Below, piece by piece: positions 51,241-60,446 of a stretch of DNA of 64,000 nucleotides (positions within the stretch are counted from its first letter, which is position 1; each line of letters begins with the position of its first letter). The translations under genes were made by a program, and so were the position numbers. The notes beneath the pieces are model-generated. The model saw only the letters and a list, made by a program, of their open reading frames with translations. It did no database searches and had not been told where the DNA came from. This DNA comes from an uncultured Phascolarctobacterium sp. GTDB lineage: Bacteria > Bacillota > Negativicutes > Acidaminococcales > Acidaminococcaceae. The DNA lies in assembly GCF_934203365.1 (NCBI RefSeq), contig NZ_CAKPZA010000012.1; one strand, 5' to 3'.

Positions 51241-51420
51241 ATGAGAAAAATTGTATCGCTTAGTTTTGATGAAGCTAGAGCTGAAGGAGAAAACAAAGGA
51301 AAATTTGCTACCGTTAAGCGTATGCTAAAACGTGGAAAAAGCCTTCAATAAATTTTACTTATTACCGATTTACCTCTAGCTAAAGTACAAGAACTACAAA
51401 CGGAAGTAAAACACGTGTAA
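51241..51420 (+). pseudogene. Remnant of an Rpn-family nuclease C-terminus (EG-repeat and ITDLPLAKVQEL tail), split by a stop
   Basis: Translates to ...ARAEGENKGKFATVKRMLKRGKSLQ* then ILLITDLPLAKVQELQTEVKHV*. Resembles the C-terminus of the intact rpn at 34331..35176. Confidence 0.4.
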
Positions 51421-51437
51421 AAAGTAATATAGCTCCA

Positions 51438-51478
51438 CATTCACCGCTGTGCGTGTGAGCGTGCGGCGGTGAATGTTT
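51438..51478. terminator. Hairpin cattcaccgc...gcggtgaatg followed by TTT
   Basis: 10-bp perfect stem, 18-nt loop. Confidence 0.35.
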
Positions 51479-52295
51479 AAACAGTTTCTCCAATATTCCC
51501 TATTGAAAAATTATCTTTTTTTCTACAAATAATACGCAATTTTTGTGGTTTTTTTATTTTATAAGTAGATAATTTATAAGTAGCTATCATAATATCTAAA
51601 AGTTCTTGTTGTGTAAGTTTCTTATCTCCGATTCTAGTGACACCAGAACCCAATACTGGAACGCAAATATCTATTCCTTTGTAATAAGTATCTATTTCAC
51701 TCCAAAGGCGAAATAAACTATCAATATATTCATGTTTACTTAATACCCCCAAACCTTTTGAATCTAATTTTGAAAAAGCCAGTAATAAATCATTATCTCT
51801 TGGTACCAAACTTCCAGATTCATATCTTATTTTATTTTGGCAACTAGATCTACTTCTCAACGGCTTTAATCCTGATTCTTTTATTAATTCATACATATCT
51901 CGCTGACTAATCGAATTTTTAAGCAAATATTGTCCGCAAATAGAAGTTTTATTGATATCAAAAGGTCTATCTCCCACTGTCGTTGTAAAACATTCATCAA
52001 ACGGTATTACTTTTTTACAATTTTCTACTTTAAATAAATTGCCATATTCAACAGTTATCTTATAATCATAACCTTCTATTAATGCTGAATTTCTATTATT
52101 TTTATAGCAATAATAAAGAAACAACAAAATAGCAAAAAGCCCAAAACGAGCTAAAAAGATATTTATTTTTTCTGAGAAATAGAAACATATTTCCATTGCA
52201 AATAACTCTTCTGGTATAATCGCAAAAAGAAAACCGCATAATGCAGCAACACTACACATGTATTTTTTATAAAATTTATATACCTTATCAATCAT
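51477..52295 (-). CDS. ThsA-like effector: two N-terminal TM helices plus Macro-like domain (type II Thoeris-like)
   Basis: Hydrophobic N-terminus (two helices). C-terminal ICVPVLGSGVTRIGD resembles the second Macro-domain glycine-rich motif. 8-nt overlap with the TIR-like gene. Confidence 0.45.
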   Translation of the reverse strand: MIDKVYKFYKKYMCSVAALCGFLFAIIPEELFAMEICFYFSEKINIFLARFGLFAILLFLYYCYKNNRNSALIEGYDYKITVEYGNLFKVENCKKVIPFDECFTTTVGDRPFDINKTSICGQYLLKNSISQRDMYELIKESGLKPLRSRSSCQNKIRYESGSLVPRDNDLLLAFSKLDSKGLGVLSKHEYIDSLFRLWSEIDTYYKGIDICVPVLGSGVTRIGDKKLTQQELLDIMIATYKLSTYKIKKPQKLRIICRKKDNFSIGNIGETV

Positions 52296-52926
52296 ATCCT
52301 AACGATCTTTTCAAATAATCATAATTGCCTACTTTTTCACCACAAACATTTCTAACCCAAAACGGTTGCGCTTGTTCTTCATATCCACCCATGTATGGTG
52401 GCAGCCATTGTCTTTCTTGACGTAAAGAATTATAAAAAACTATTATATTTTTGTTTTTCTTTTTTGCTTGTTCAAATTCATGTTGAAGATAAGAATATCC
52501 ATTAATATTACCAATATTAAATTTTGAAGGATAGATTTTGTAAACATTGCATATTTTGCTACCATTAGCATTTTGTTTGTATGGTGTGCATTGACATTCA
52601 GTCCATTCTTTTTCCCATCTTTGGCAATTACTACCAGCCATACGCTGAGCTGTCTTATCACCTATGATAATGATAACAGCAGAAGAAGCATTTATTTGAT
52701 CATTAAATTCTTTTTTCAACATACACGGTCTGCAATCATCACTATCTGAAACACTTCCAGACTTAACTTCTGCCATATCTATAAACTCTACTTTATGCCA
52801 ATCATCACTTCCCAATTTTTTCAAAACATCAACAACTGCACGATCGCCATCATCTTCAGAATAATCAGCACTTATATAAACATGTTTAATCATAAGAATC
52901 TCCATGCCGTGCGAGGCTCGGCACAA
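52288..52926 (-). CDS. ThsB-like TIR/DUF1863 protein
   Basis: Pattern HVYISADYSEDD...VEFIDMAEVKSGSVSD...AVIIIIGDKT...QRWEKEW parallels Bacillus ThsB (VFISF..ED...FEFVDMSVKEPWDSS...VIVLISKNT...WELK). The comparison sequence is from memory. Confidence 0.5.
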   Translation of the reverse strand: MCRASHGMEILMIKHVYISADYSEDDGDRAVVDVLKKLGSDDWHKVEFIDMAEVKSGSVSDSDDCRPCMLKKEFNDQINASSAVIIIIGDKTAQRMAGSNCQRWEKEWTECQCTPYKQNANGSKICNVYKIYPSKFNIGNINGYSYLQHEFEQAKKKNKNIIVFYNSLRQERQWLPPYMGGYEEQAQPFWVRNVCGEKVGNYDYLKRSLGYD

Positions 52927-52949
52927 ATAGGAATGAAACAGAACCCGCC

Positions 52950-54560
52950 AGATTCTCTGTTTCTGTTATAATTTGTTTGAGGAAGGTACACTACAAAGCA
53001 CGGTAGGGTGAGTTTAACTCGAACCTTCGTAAGTAAGTATAAGAATCAGTGTAAGTGTTGCCTTTTCAAGCACAAATAAGTGGTAGTACGACTCCGCACA
53101 CTAAGAATTGTTTTAGCTATTGTTAAATGTGTGGTAACACAGTCAATGCCTTCCTCGCCTATTTTAATTAAGGAGGGCAGCTATGCGTAAAACATACCAA
53201 ATATGCTGTGGTGTCGATGTGCACAAAACTTTTCTCGTTGCCACAATCGTTAAAACTACCAACAATATCCCACATTACGAAAAAAAGCGTTTCTCCACTT
53301 TTGCCAAAGATCTCAAATTGCTCAAACAGTGGTTGCTCAATAACAACTGTTTTGATCTTTGTATGGAATCGACTGGCAAATATTGGATTCCCGTCTGGAA
53401 TATGCTTGAGGACAAAATCAATGTTACCATCGCTAACCCTAAGTGGGTTTCTGCTGTTAAGGGTAATAAAGACGACACCAAGGATTCCAAATGGATTGCT
53501 GACTTATTCCGTATGGGGATTGTTCCCAGAAGTTATATCCCATGCCGCGCCATTCGTATTTTAAGAGAATTTACTCGTTACCGTTACAAACTTGTATGTA
53601 TGCGTTCCAGTGAAAAAATCGTTACCAAAATGCTTTCACTGTGTCTAACTGTAATCTTGACGCTGTTGTTTCCGATATGTTCGGCAAGTCCGCTATGGAT
53701 ATAGAAAATTATCTCTTAGAAATTGACATGGAAAACTTTGACCCTGAATACTGTAAATCGCTTCTCCGACGTTCTTTGAAGAAAAAAGCAGACTCGGTAA
53801 TCGAATCAGTTGAATCTTTCAATATGATTGTCGAGCAGAAAGAAAGAATTAAAATTATTCAGGAGCATTTCAATGATCTTGACACAAGAATCAATCGTAT
53901 TGATGAACAGATAGAAAAACTAATCGTCACAAACAAATGGCAATCCGCTATTTCTCTTATCTGTTCTATTCCTGGCATAGACCGTCATATGGCTATCACC
54001 ATTATTTCTGAAATCGGTACTGATATGACCCTTTTCTCTTCCTCTAAACGTCTATGCTGTTGGGCTGGTCTTACCCCAGGTAACAATCAATCTGCCGGAA
54101 AGAAAAAATCTGTTAAGATAACCCGTGCTGGAATATACCTGAAGCCAGCTCTTGTTCAGGCTGCTCACGCAGCGGTAAAATCAACAACAAATCCATACTT
54201 TAAAAATAAGTATGAACGCATTTATAAACGAAGAGGAAAGAAAAGAGCCATTATCGCTATCGCAAGAAAAATACTTACTGCCATATACCACATGTTCAAA
54301 ACTGGAGAATTATTTAATCCTTGCGATATCTACAAAGAAGATATTCCAGAAACAGTTCAGCTACATCAAAAGAAAAAAGCTGCAAAACAGGCAATTAAAC
54401 TGCTTGTTAATTTAGGCATAATCGCTGAAGGAGCTGTTTCTCTTGAACTACTAGCCGGTTAGTTAGCAAAAATTTTCAGTCTTATAGCAAAGGCTTATTT
54501 AAGTGCGCCTAAAATCAATTTACGACGATATTCACAGTTAAAGATGTTGTTTCACACTAA
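52950..54560 (+). mobile_element. IS110-family insertion sequence (boundaries approximate)
   Basis: Contains the DEDD-type transposase and ~230 nt of 5' leader. IS110 elements lack clear terminal inverted repeats, so the ends are not defined. Confidence 0.5.
53183..54462 (+). pseudogene. IS110-family transposase split by a −1 frameshift in an A6 run (53613-53618)
   Basis: N-terminal part is 53183..53704 (MRKTYQICCGVDVHK...). C-terminal part is 53641..54462 (...AIARKILTAIYHMFKTGELFN). Restoring one A gives the family-typical SSEKNRYQNAFTVSNCNLDAVVSDMFGKS. Confidence 0.7.
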
Positions 54561-54572
54561 TATTCCACCTTT

Positions 54573-55298
54573 CTATAAAAATAATTTGTTATTTTTATTT
54601 TTGGACAACCTCATCGCATACCCTTCAAACATCTCTAAATCCTCTTTCGTCGTAATCTTAATATTCGTCTGATCGCCATACGCCAAATTCAAATTATCCC
54701 CCAACGCATACATCAAACTCGTAGTGTGCGGCTCAATCGTTTCCAGTAACCCTTTTTCTTCTGCTCTCTTATAAATATCAAGCAAATAACCATACTTGAA
54801 TCCATAAGGACAAGCTATCTGCACATACTTATCTCTATCTACCCACTTTCTGCTTTCATCACCATCTTTCGTACCTAAAAGCTGATAACAAGGCGTTCCC
54901 GTTACCGCAGAGCCTTTTTCTTTCATAATTCTTATAACATCTGTAACTATTTTACCGCTTGTAAATGGTGCTGCTCCGTATTGAATCAATACATAATCGT
55001 CTTGCGCAATTTTATCTTTCAAATAATTTGCACCATTGATTACAGACTCCTGAAATGTATTGCCACCATGCACTACCCATTGCACTTTATTTAGATTATA
55101 CTTTTTCAGCATTTCTTTTAGATAATCCATCCATTCAGCGTGGCACACTACTTCTATAATATCTACCTCTGGATGCTTCTGAAATATCTCAATCGTATAC
55201 GCCAAGACTGGCTTGCCTAAAATATCTACAAACTGTTTCGGCCTGTCTGCTCCAACGCGCGAACCAACACCAGCAGCTAAAATCATTGTTGCAATCAT
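54573..55298 (-). CDS. IspD/TarI-family cytidylyltransferase (ribitol-5-phosphate or related CDP-alditol synthase)
   Basis: N-terminal ILAAGVGSRVGADRPKQF motif. 241 aa. Confidence 0.65.
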   Translation of the reverse strand: MIATMILAAGVGSRVGADRPKQFVDILGKPVLAYTIEIFQKHPEVDIIEVVCHAEWMDYLKEMLKKYNLNKVQWVVHGGNTFQESVINGANYLKDKIAQDDYVLIQYGAAPFTSGKIVTDVIRIMKEKGSAVTGTPCYQLLGTKDGDESRKWVDRDKYVQIACPYGFKYGYLLDIYKRAEEKGLLETIEPHTTSLMYALGDNLNLAYGDQTNIKITTKEDLEMFEGYAMRLSKNKNNKLFL

Positions 55299-55307
55299 CT
55301 AAAATCA

Positions 55308-56903
55308 CTACTCCATATCTTCATAACTTGCTAAAGCTTTATCAACAAAACGAATTAAATTTCTGTACGAAGGCAGAAAGAAAAAGCTGTCATCGTCGCC
55401 AACACTACCCTTATACAACCCCCAACAGAACCAATAAAACGCAGATATAGGTAAAAACGCCATATAAAATCTATGCTCATCACTGCTTAACTTCCTACCG
55501 ACATAAGCCTGCAAATAGCGTTCTATCTGTTCTTCAGACCAGTCATAACGAGAAAGAATGCAACTTATGTCGTTAGCAGCATAATTTAATCCAGCATATT
55601 CCCAATCTATAAGATAGATTTCCCCATCACTATCATATAAATAATTAGGCTCATACGTATCGTTATGACATAGTACTAACCCATATCCTAGTAGCTCTGC
55701 ATCACGCTTTACTAATGAATAAAGTTTTTCAACTTTAACAATGATAGCATCAAATTCTTTTTCCAGATTACCTTTAGTAGCAGAAGCAATTTTCATAAGC
55801 TTCTTGCCCTCTGCCACATTATCAAAAACTTTTACATTAGAATCTGCTTGCACATTATGCAAACGATGCAAATACTCCATTCCAATCATCAAATGGTCGT
55901 CAAAAGCTTCAAAATCACAATTCTTAGCCTCCTGCACAAAATACGATATCTTCCAACCAGATAAATCCATATAAATAACAGATTTGTCTATGCCTATTTT
56001 TTTCGCTACCATTTGTGCAAAAAGCTCTGTCTTCCGGTCAATCAAATTACCAGCAGTTCCTCCTGGATGGCGATATACATATTTCTTTCCATTACATTCA
56101 AACGCAAAAGAAACATTTGTCAATCCTGCATTAATAACAGAAATATCAGCAATATCATTCGGTTGACACAATAACGTCTTGCAAATATTCGTAATAATTT
56201 CAGAATCAACATTCAACAGAAATTCCGAATCAAACTCACGCAAGTCATCTATGCTGTCAAACTCCAATATATCATTTGCAGCAAATTGCTTTTTATAAAA
56301 CGTAAGCTCCTCAATATGCTTAGCATAAAATTCTTCCCAAAACATAGAAGCAACGCCAAAGTCATTTATTTCGGCTTCCATCAGGTTACGAAAAACACCG
56401 CTAAATTTTTTATTCATATAGGCATGACCAACCATCGCCAAAGAATCATGCCCGCCAACTTTCATACTGGTAATCACGTCTGCATCAGAACAAGTCACGC
56501 CAAACTCACGGAACTTACCTTGCTGATATGCGCAAGCCCTATAAGATTCATTGTTCTTGTTCACCTGCAAAAACGGATTGTGTACAAAATAATGATCTGC
56601 ACAGCAAATATAGGTATTTGCCAAATATTCTCTTGCTACATAAAGGCTATATAAATTACCCTTAGTACCAAAATCATTATTAACGATAAGTTTTACACCA
56701 CACTTCTGCTCAAGATAAAAGAATTTTTCTTTCATATAGCCAACTACGATGTAAATTTCATCAATTCCTGCTTCTTGAAGCTGCTCTATTTGGCGTTCTA
56801 TTAAAACATCACCTTTCACTCGAAACAAGCCTTTTGGCTTTTCATAAGTGAATGGCGCAAATCTATTTGATTTTCCTGCTGCGAGAATAATTGCGTTTGT
56901 CAT
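55308..56903 (-). CDS. Fused LicC-like nucleotidyltransferase + LicA-like choline/ethanolamine kinase
   Basis: N-terminal IILAAGKSNRF NTP-transferase. C-terminal kinase Brenner motif CHNDTYEPNYLYD...IYLIDWEYAG. Confidence 0.65.
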   Translation of the reverse strand: MTNAIILAAGKSNRFAPFTYEKPKGLFRVKGDVLIERQIEQLQEAGIDEIYIVVGYMKEKFFYLEQKCGVKLIVNNDFGTKGNLYSLYVAREYLANTYICCADHYFVHNPFLQVNKNNESYRACAYQQGKFREFGVTCSDADVITSMKVGGHDSLAMVGHAYMNKKFSGVFRNLMEAEINDFGVASMFWEEFYAKHIEELTFYKKQFAANDILEFDSIDDLREFDSEFLLNVDSEIITNICKTLLCQPNDIADISVINAGLTNVSFAFECNGKKYVYRHPGGTAGNLIDRKTELFAQMVAKKIGIDKSVIYMDLSGWKISYFVQEAKNCDFEAFDDHLMIGMEYLHRLHNVQADSNVKVFDNVAEGKKLMKIASATKGNLEKEFDAIIVKVEKLYSLVKRDAELLGYGLVLCHNDTYEPNYLYDSDGEIYLIDWEYAGLNYAANDISCILSRYDWSEEQIERYLQAYVGRKLSSDEHRFYMAFLPISAFYWFCWGLYKGSVGDDDSFFFLPSYRNLIRFVDKALASYEDME

Positions 56904-57715
56904 TCTTCTATCTCCAAAGTAAAATCATGGTGCGGTTTTCTTAATTCTACTGGTGGGAACTTCATATAATCACCATATATGCTACTTAAAATCTCATGAT
57001 AGCTTTCTGGAATATGCGCATGTATATTCTCAAATGTAGCAATGATTTCATTGCTAAACAAATCAGATTTCATAATAATGTTTCTTCCCTTTCTTCTCCC
57101 TGGAGCTAAAACTTGTAGATATTCACTAGAACTACAACTAGATTTCTTCGCAAGTTTTTCATACATATACATATACTTTCTTGTATTGATGTTTTTAAAT
57201 ATTTTCGCAATATTATTTATAATAATGGAGTTATTCTTTTTTTTATTAGGGACATAAGAAGCTAATGTAACTATATTTTTCAAAATTTGCAACTCCGTCA
57301 TTCTTAACCAACGCAAATATCGATTATTAGGCGTTCCATCAAGCGGAAAAATATCAACAAAATAGCCCTCTTCATAATTATTTATACGATCTTTAGCTTT
57401 TAATCGTGTCTTTTTTAAACAAACTTGTGCATGGACTCTATTATAAGTTTCTACTGTCTGTATTGAATTCAAATACAATCCATGCTTATCTCCCCATGCT
57501 GGAAAGAATTTAATAAATTTATCAAAGTCATTTCTCAACATCCATATATCTATATCATCATCCCAAGGAATAAATCCTTTATGCCGCACAGCACCTAACA
57601 ATGTTCCATACGCAAGATAATATCTAACATCTTTTTCTTCACAAAATAAGTTTATATTATACAGCATATCTAAAGCCATACTTTGAATTTCTTTAAGTTC
57701 TGTTACTTTTCGCAT
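56900..57715 (-). CDS. licD: LicD-family phosphotransferase (phosphocholine / alditol-phosphate transfer)
   Basis: LicD motif YLAYGTLLGAVRHKGFIPWDDDIDI. Confidence 0.65.
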   Translation of the reverse strand: MRKVTELKEIQSMALDMLYNINLFCEEKDVRYYLAYGTLLGAVRHKGFIPWDDDIDIWMLRNDFDKFIKFFPAWGDKHGLYLNSIQTVETYNRVHAQVCLKKTRLKAKDRINNYEEGYFVDIFPLDGTPNNRYLRWLRMTELQILKNIVTLASYVPNKKKNNSIIINNIAKIFKNINTRKYMYMYEKLAKKSSCSSSEYLQVLAPGRRKGRNIIMKSDLFSNEIIATFENIHAHIPESYHEILSSIYGDYMKFPPVELRKPHHDFTLEIEE

Positions 57716-57737
57716 CTTCTAAACCTCCTGTTTTATA

Positions 57738-59144
57738 TTAAGCAATGTTTTTGACTAAATATTTTTCAATATATTTTTTAATTATAGTATCTTGTAAAGC
57801 GATAAAGATATTGAAGGAGAAATTAAACAGTAAAGTTATTATCACCAGATATATACTACTTTCCAAATTAGATATTTTAATAAAAGAATATATTAACATT
57901 GTTGGAAACCACAATAAAATATAAGTACTGAATGATACTATCTTGTCTTCAAACCACTTGCACAGCGAATAATACTTCAATATACCTTCACTTATTGCCT
58001 GAGCACATAACCCATACACAGCAAAAAACTCATCATTTTTCATAGCAAAAAAAACTATAAACATTACAGCTATCGATATCCACTGATTTCGATTACATAC
58101 AACCTCATTCCCAGTCATCTGTAAAAAACCAGTTACTGGTCCAACACTAGCAATCAATAACAAGCAAAACGAAACTAGTACCAATAAATTACTATACTGT
58201 TGTAATTCGCTATTGAAAAATCCTAATACCAATTTAGGAAAACCTATAAGCAGCGTTCCAGCACTGCCAATCACAAGCATCTGTACTTTAACAATCATTA
58301 TATAAGTTTCTTTTAACTTTTCTAATTCTCCATTTTTGTATAATCGTGAACATTCAGGCAAGAATACTTTGGCGGTAGGACCAGCAATAAAATTTATAAT
58401 CTTTTTTATAATCCCCAATATGCCTGTGAATCCAGCTGTAAACGCTGAACAAAAAATGTATTGCAAAATTGCTGGTGCATATGCAATAAAAGCATTTGCA
58501 ATATCTGATTTTTGAAACTCTATTAATTTATCAACAGGAACCTGTATATCTTTCAAACAGCTTGCAGGCTTATATTCAAATCTACTAAACCAAATCAACA
58601 TAACTATAAATTGTATTCCATAAAGAATACATAACAAGAATATATCAACCTTATTTAATTCTACTAAGATTATCAAACCTATAAGCATGGATAATCTTCC
58701 CATTAAGTACTCGCCTAGCAAAGCAATACCTTGATGGCCACAAGAAAGAAGTGTACTGCTTTTATCAAATGCAAAATAGTAAGTCAGTAGTATAATAACA
58801 GCTACAGAATACAAAAAATTTTGAATCAATACAGCTATACTAAACATAATGATGGATATCGGTAAAACAAATTTTTTTAAATACTGTCTTTTAAAATTTT
58901 TCAAACTTACTTCTGAACTAGATAAATAAAATGTGTTTAATTTTATACTTCCAGAAAATAAAATAAAATAAGCAGTTTCAACTAAACTTACAAAAAATGT
59001 GTATTCCCCATAACCATTAACACCTATGCTGCGCGTCATAAGAATTTGTATGCCGATTTCAACAATAGCAGAAATACCTTTTATTCCAATGCCTAGCAGC
59101 ATAGCTAAAACTATGTTCAACCTAGATTCACCTCTCGTCTTCAT
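57738..59144 (-). CDS. wzx: Wzx-type oligosaccharide flippase (MOP/PST family)
   Basis: 468 aa, ~12-14 TM, AT-rich. Confidence 0.7.
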   Translation of the reverse strand: MKTRGESRLNIVLAMLLGIGIKGISAIVEIGIQILMTRSIGVNGYGEYTFFVSLVETAYFILFSGSIKLNTFYLSSSEVSLKNFKRQYLKKFVLPISIIMFSIAVLIQNFLYSVAVIILLTYYFAFDKSSTLLSCGHQGIALLGEYLMGRLSMLIGLIILVELNKVDIFLLCILYGIQFIVMLIWFSRFEYKPASCLKDIQVPVDKLIEFQKSDIANAFIAYAPAILQYIFCSAFTAGFTGILGIIKKIINFIAGPTAKVFLPECSRLYKNGELEKLKETYIMIVKVQMLVIGSAGTLLIGFPKLVLGFFNSELQQYSNLLVLVSFCLLLIASVGPVTGFLQMTGNEVVCNRNQWISIAVMFIVFFAMKNDEFFAVYGLCAQAISEGILKYYSLCKWFEDKIVSFSTYILLWFPTMLIYSFIKISNLESSIYLVIITLLFNFSFNIFIALQDTIIKKYIEKYLVKNIA

Positions 59145-60417
59145 TTTTATCTTGCTTTATTTTTTGTAATATTAAAGCCAAAATTATCATTTCACCAATG
59201 CCACAATCTGCTGACCATCTATAATAATTCATCAATAAAAAGCCTATAAAATATAAAATTAATGCATATTTGATATCAACACTATCTATACAGCATAAGC
59301 TTATTGTTTTATATATATATAAGCCCATAAAAGCTATAACTATTAATCCCAGTATTCCTAAAGTAAGTAAAATATTAGCATATAAATTATGAAATAAAAC
59401 TCCACTACCATACATATATCTACTAGAATGCCACATTCCTAAAGTTAATTGATCATTTAAAGCTTTAAGATATTCTGAATATTCTCCAGCTTTACCTCCC
59501 ATTCCAATACCAAAAATATTCACTAATAGAGAAGTATTTTTGAAAAAATCTATAATTAAAGCATTTTCAAACGTTCTTATGCCAACAGAAGCACTCAAGC
59601 GCAATATGCTATCAACTCTATCAGTTACGTCCGGTAGCCATATTATTATCAGCAGTACAACTAAACTAATTCCACATAAAATAAACAAACTATTCTTTAT
59701 TAATGATTTTATATCTCTTACTCTAAAACCAAAATAATCCAATAAAATAACAAGCATAGTAAAAGAATATATCATTAAATATCCTCTAGTACCCGATAAA
59801 ACTATCCAAACCAAGAATAAGAGATTTGTTAATATTAACTTTCTGCGAATCACACTAGTAGCATTAACAGAAAAATATAGATAAACACTTATAGGCAGTG
59901 TAACTATTGCCAAATTACCAGTAATTGGTTGCGAATTTGAAACTAACCTAACCATTCCATTAGGGTCCATCATTTGACCAGTAGATAATAAATACATTCC
60001 CAAAAGTGTTTCGATAATTAAACAAGTGTAAATTGTCTGCATTGTTATCGTTTCTTTAAACTTTATTTTTATACTAATGACAATAAAGAAGATGATAAAC
60101 TGCCAAAATTTAGCCACAAACGCAACTATAGTAGCAACAATATCTTGATTTATAAGCCCATAAAGTAAGTATATCAAAAAATATATACTACTAAAGAATG
60201 TGACTTTAGTAACAAATTTCAATTTACTTATTAGCGTCACTGCAGAGAATGTAAAATAAATCGGTAATAATACATCTAATTGTCCAACAAAAGTCAAGCC
60301 AATTATAAAAATTAACAATAAATATATTTGTTGTTTGATGTACGCTGATTTATATTGTATCAATATGAAAATATCTGCAATTACAGTAAGCAATGCTATT
60401 CCCAACACCATATACAA
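59128..60417 (-). CDS. wzy: Wzy-type polymerase / O-antigen-ligase-like membrane protein
   Basis: 429 aa polytopic membrane protein with a large loop. 17-nt overlap with wzx. Confidence 0.55.
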   Translation of the reverse strand: MYMVLGIALLTVIADIFILIQYKSAYIKQQIYLLLIFIIGLTFVGQLDVLLPIYFTFSAVTLISKLKFVTKVTFFSSIYFLIYLLYGLINQDIVATIVAFVAKFWQFIIFFIVISIKIKFKETITMQTIYTCLIIETLLGMYLLSTGQMMDPNGMVRLVSNSQPITGNLAIVTLPISVYLYFSVNATSVIRRKLILTNLLFLVWIVLSGTRGYLMIYSFTMLVILLDYFGFRVRDIKSLIKNSLFILCGISLVVLLIIIWLPDVTDRVDSILRLSASVGIRTFENALIIDFFKNTSLLVNIFGIGMGGKAGEYSEYLKALNDQLTLGMWHSSRYMYGSGVLFHNLYANILLTLGILGLIVIAFMGLYIYKTISLCCIDSVDIKYALILYFIGFLLMNYYRWSADCGIGEMIILALILQKIKQDKNEDER

Positions 60418-60446
60418 CTTACTCCTTTATAAAAATATGAGCACAA

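Noticed and set aside
50990-51244. 84-aa plus-strand ORF upstream of the Rpn remnant
   Set aside because: No recognisable similarity. Probably part of the decayed rpn region rather than a gene.
52990-53040. tRNA-like T-arm fragment (gtttaactcgaaccttcg) in the IS110 leader
   Set aside because: No acceptor stem or anticodon arm can be drawn. Too short and unpaired.
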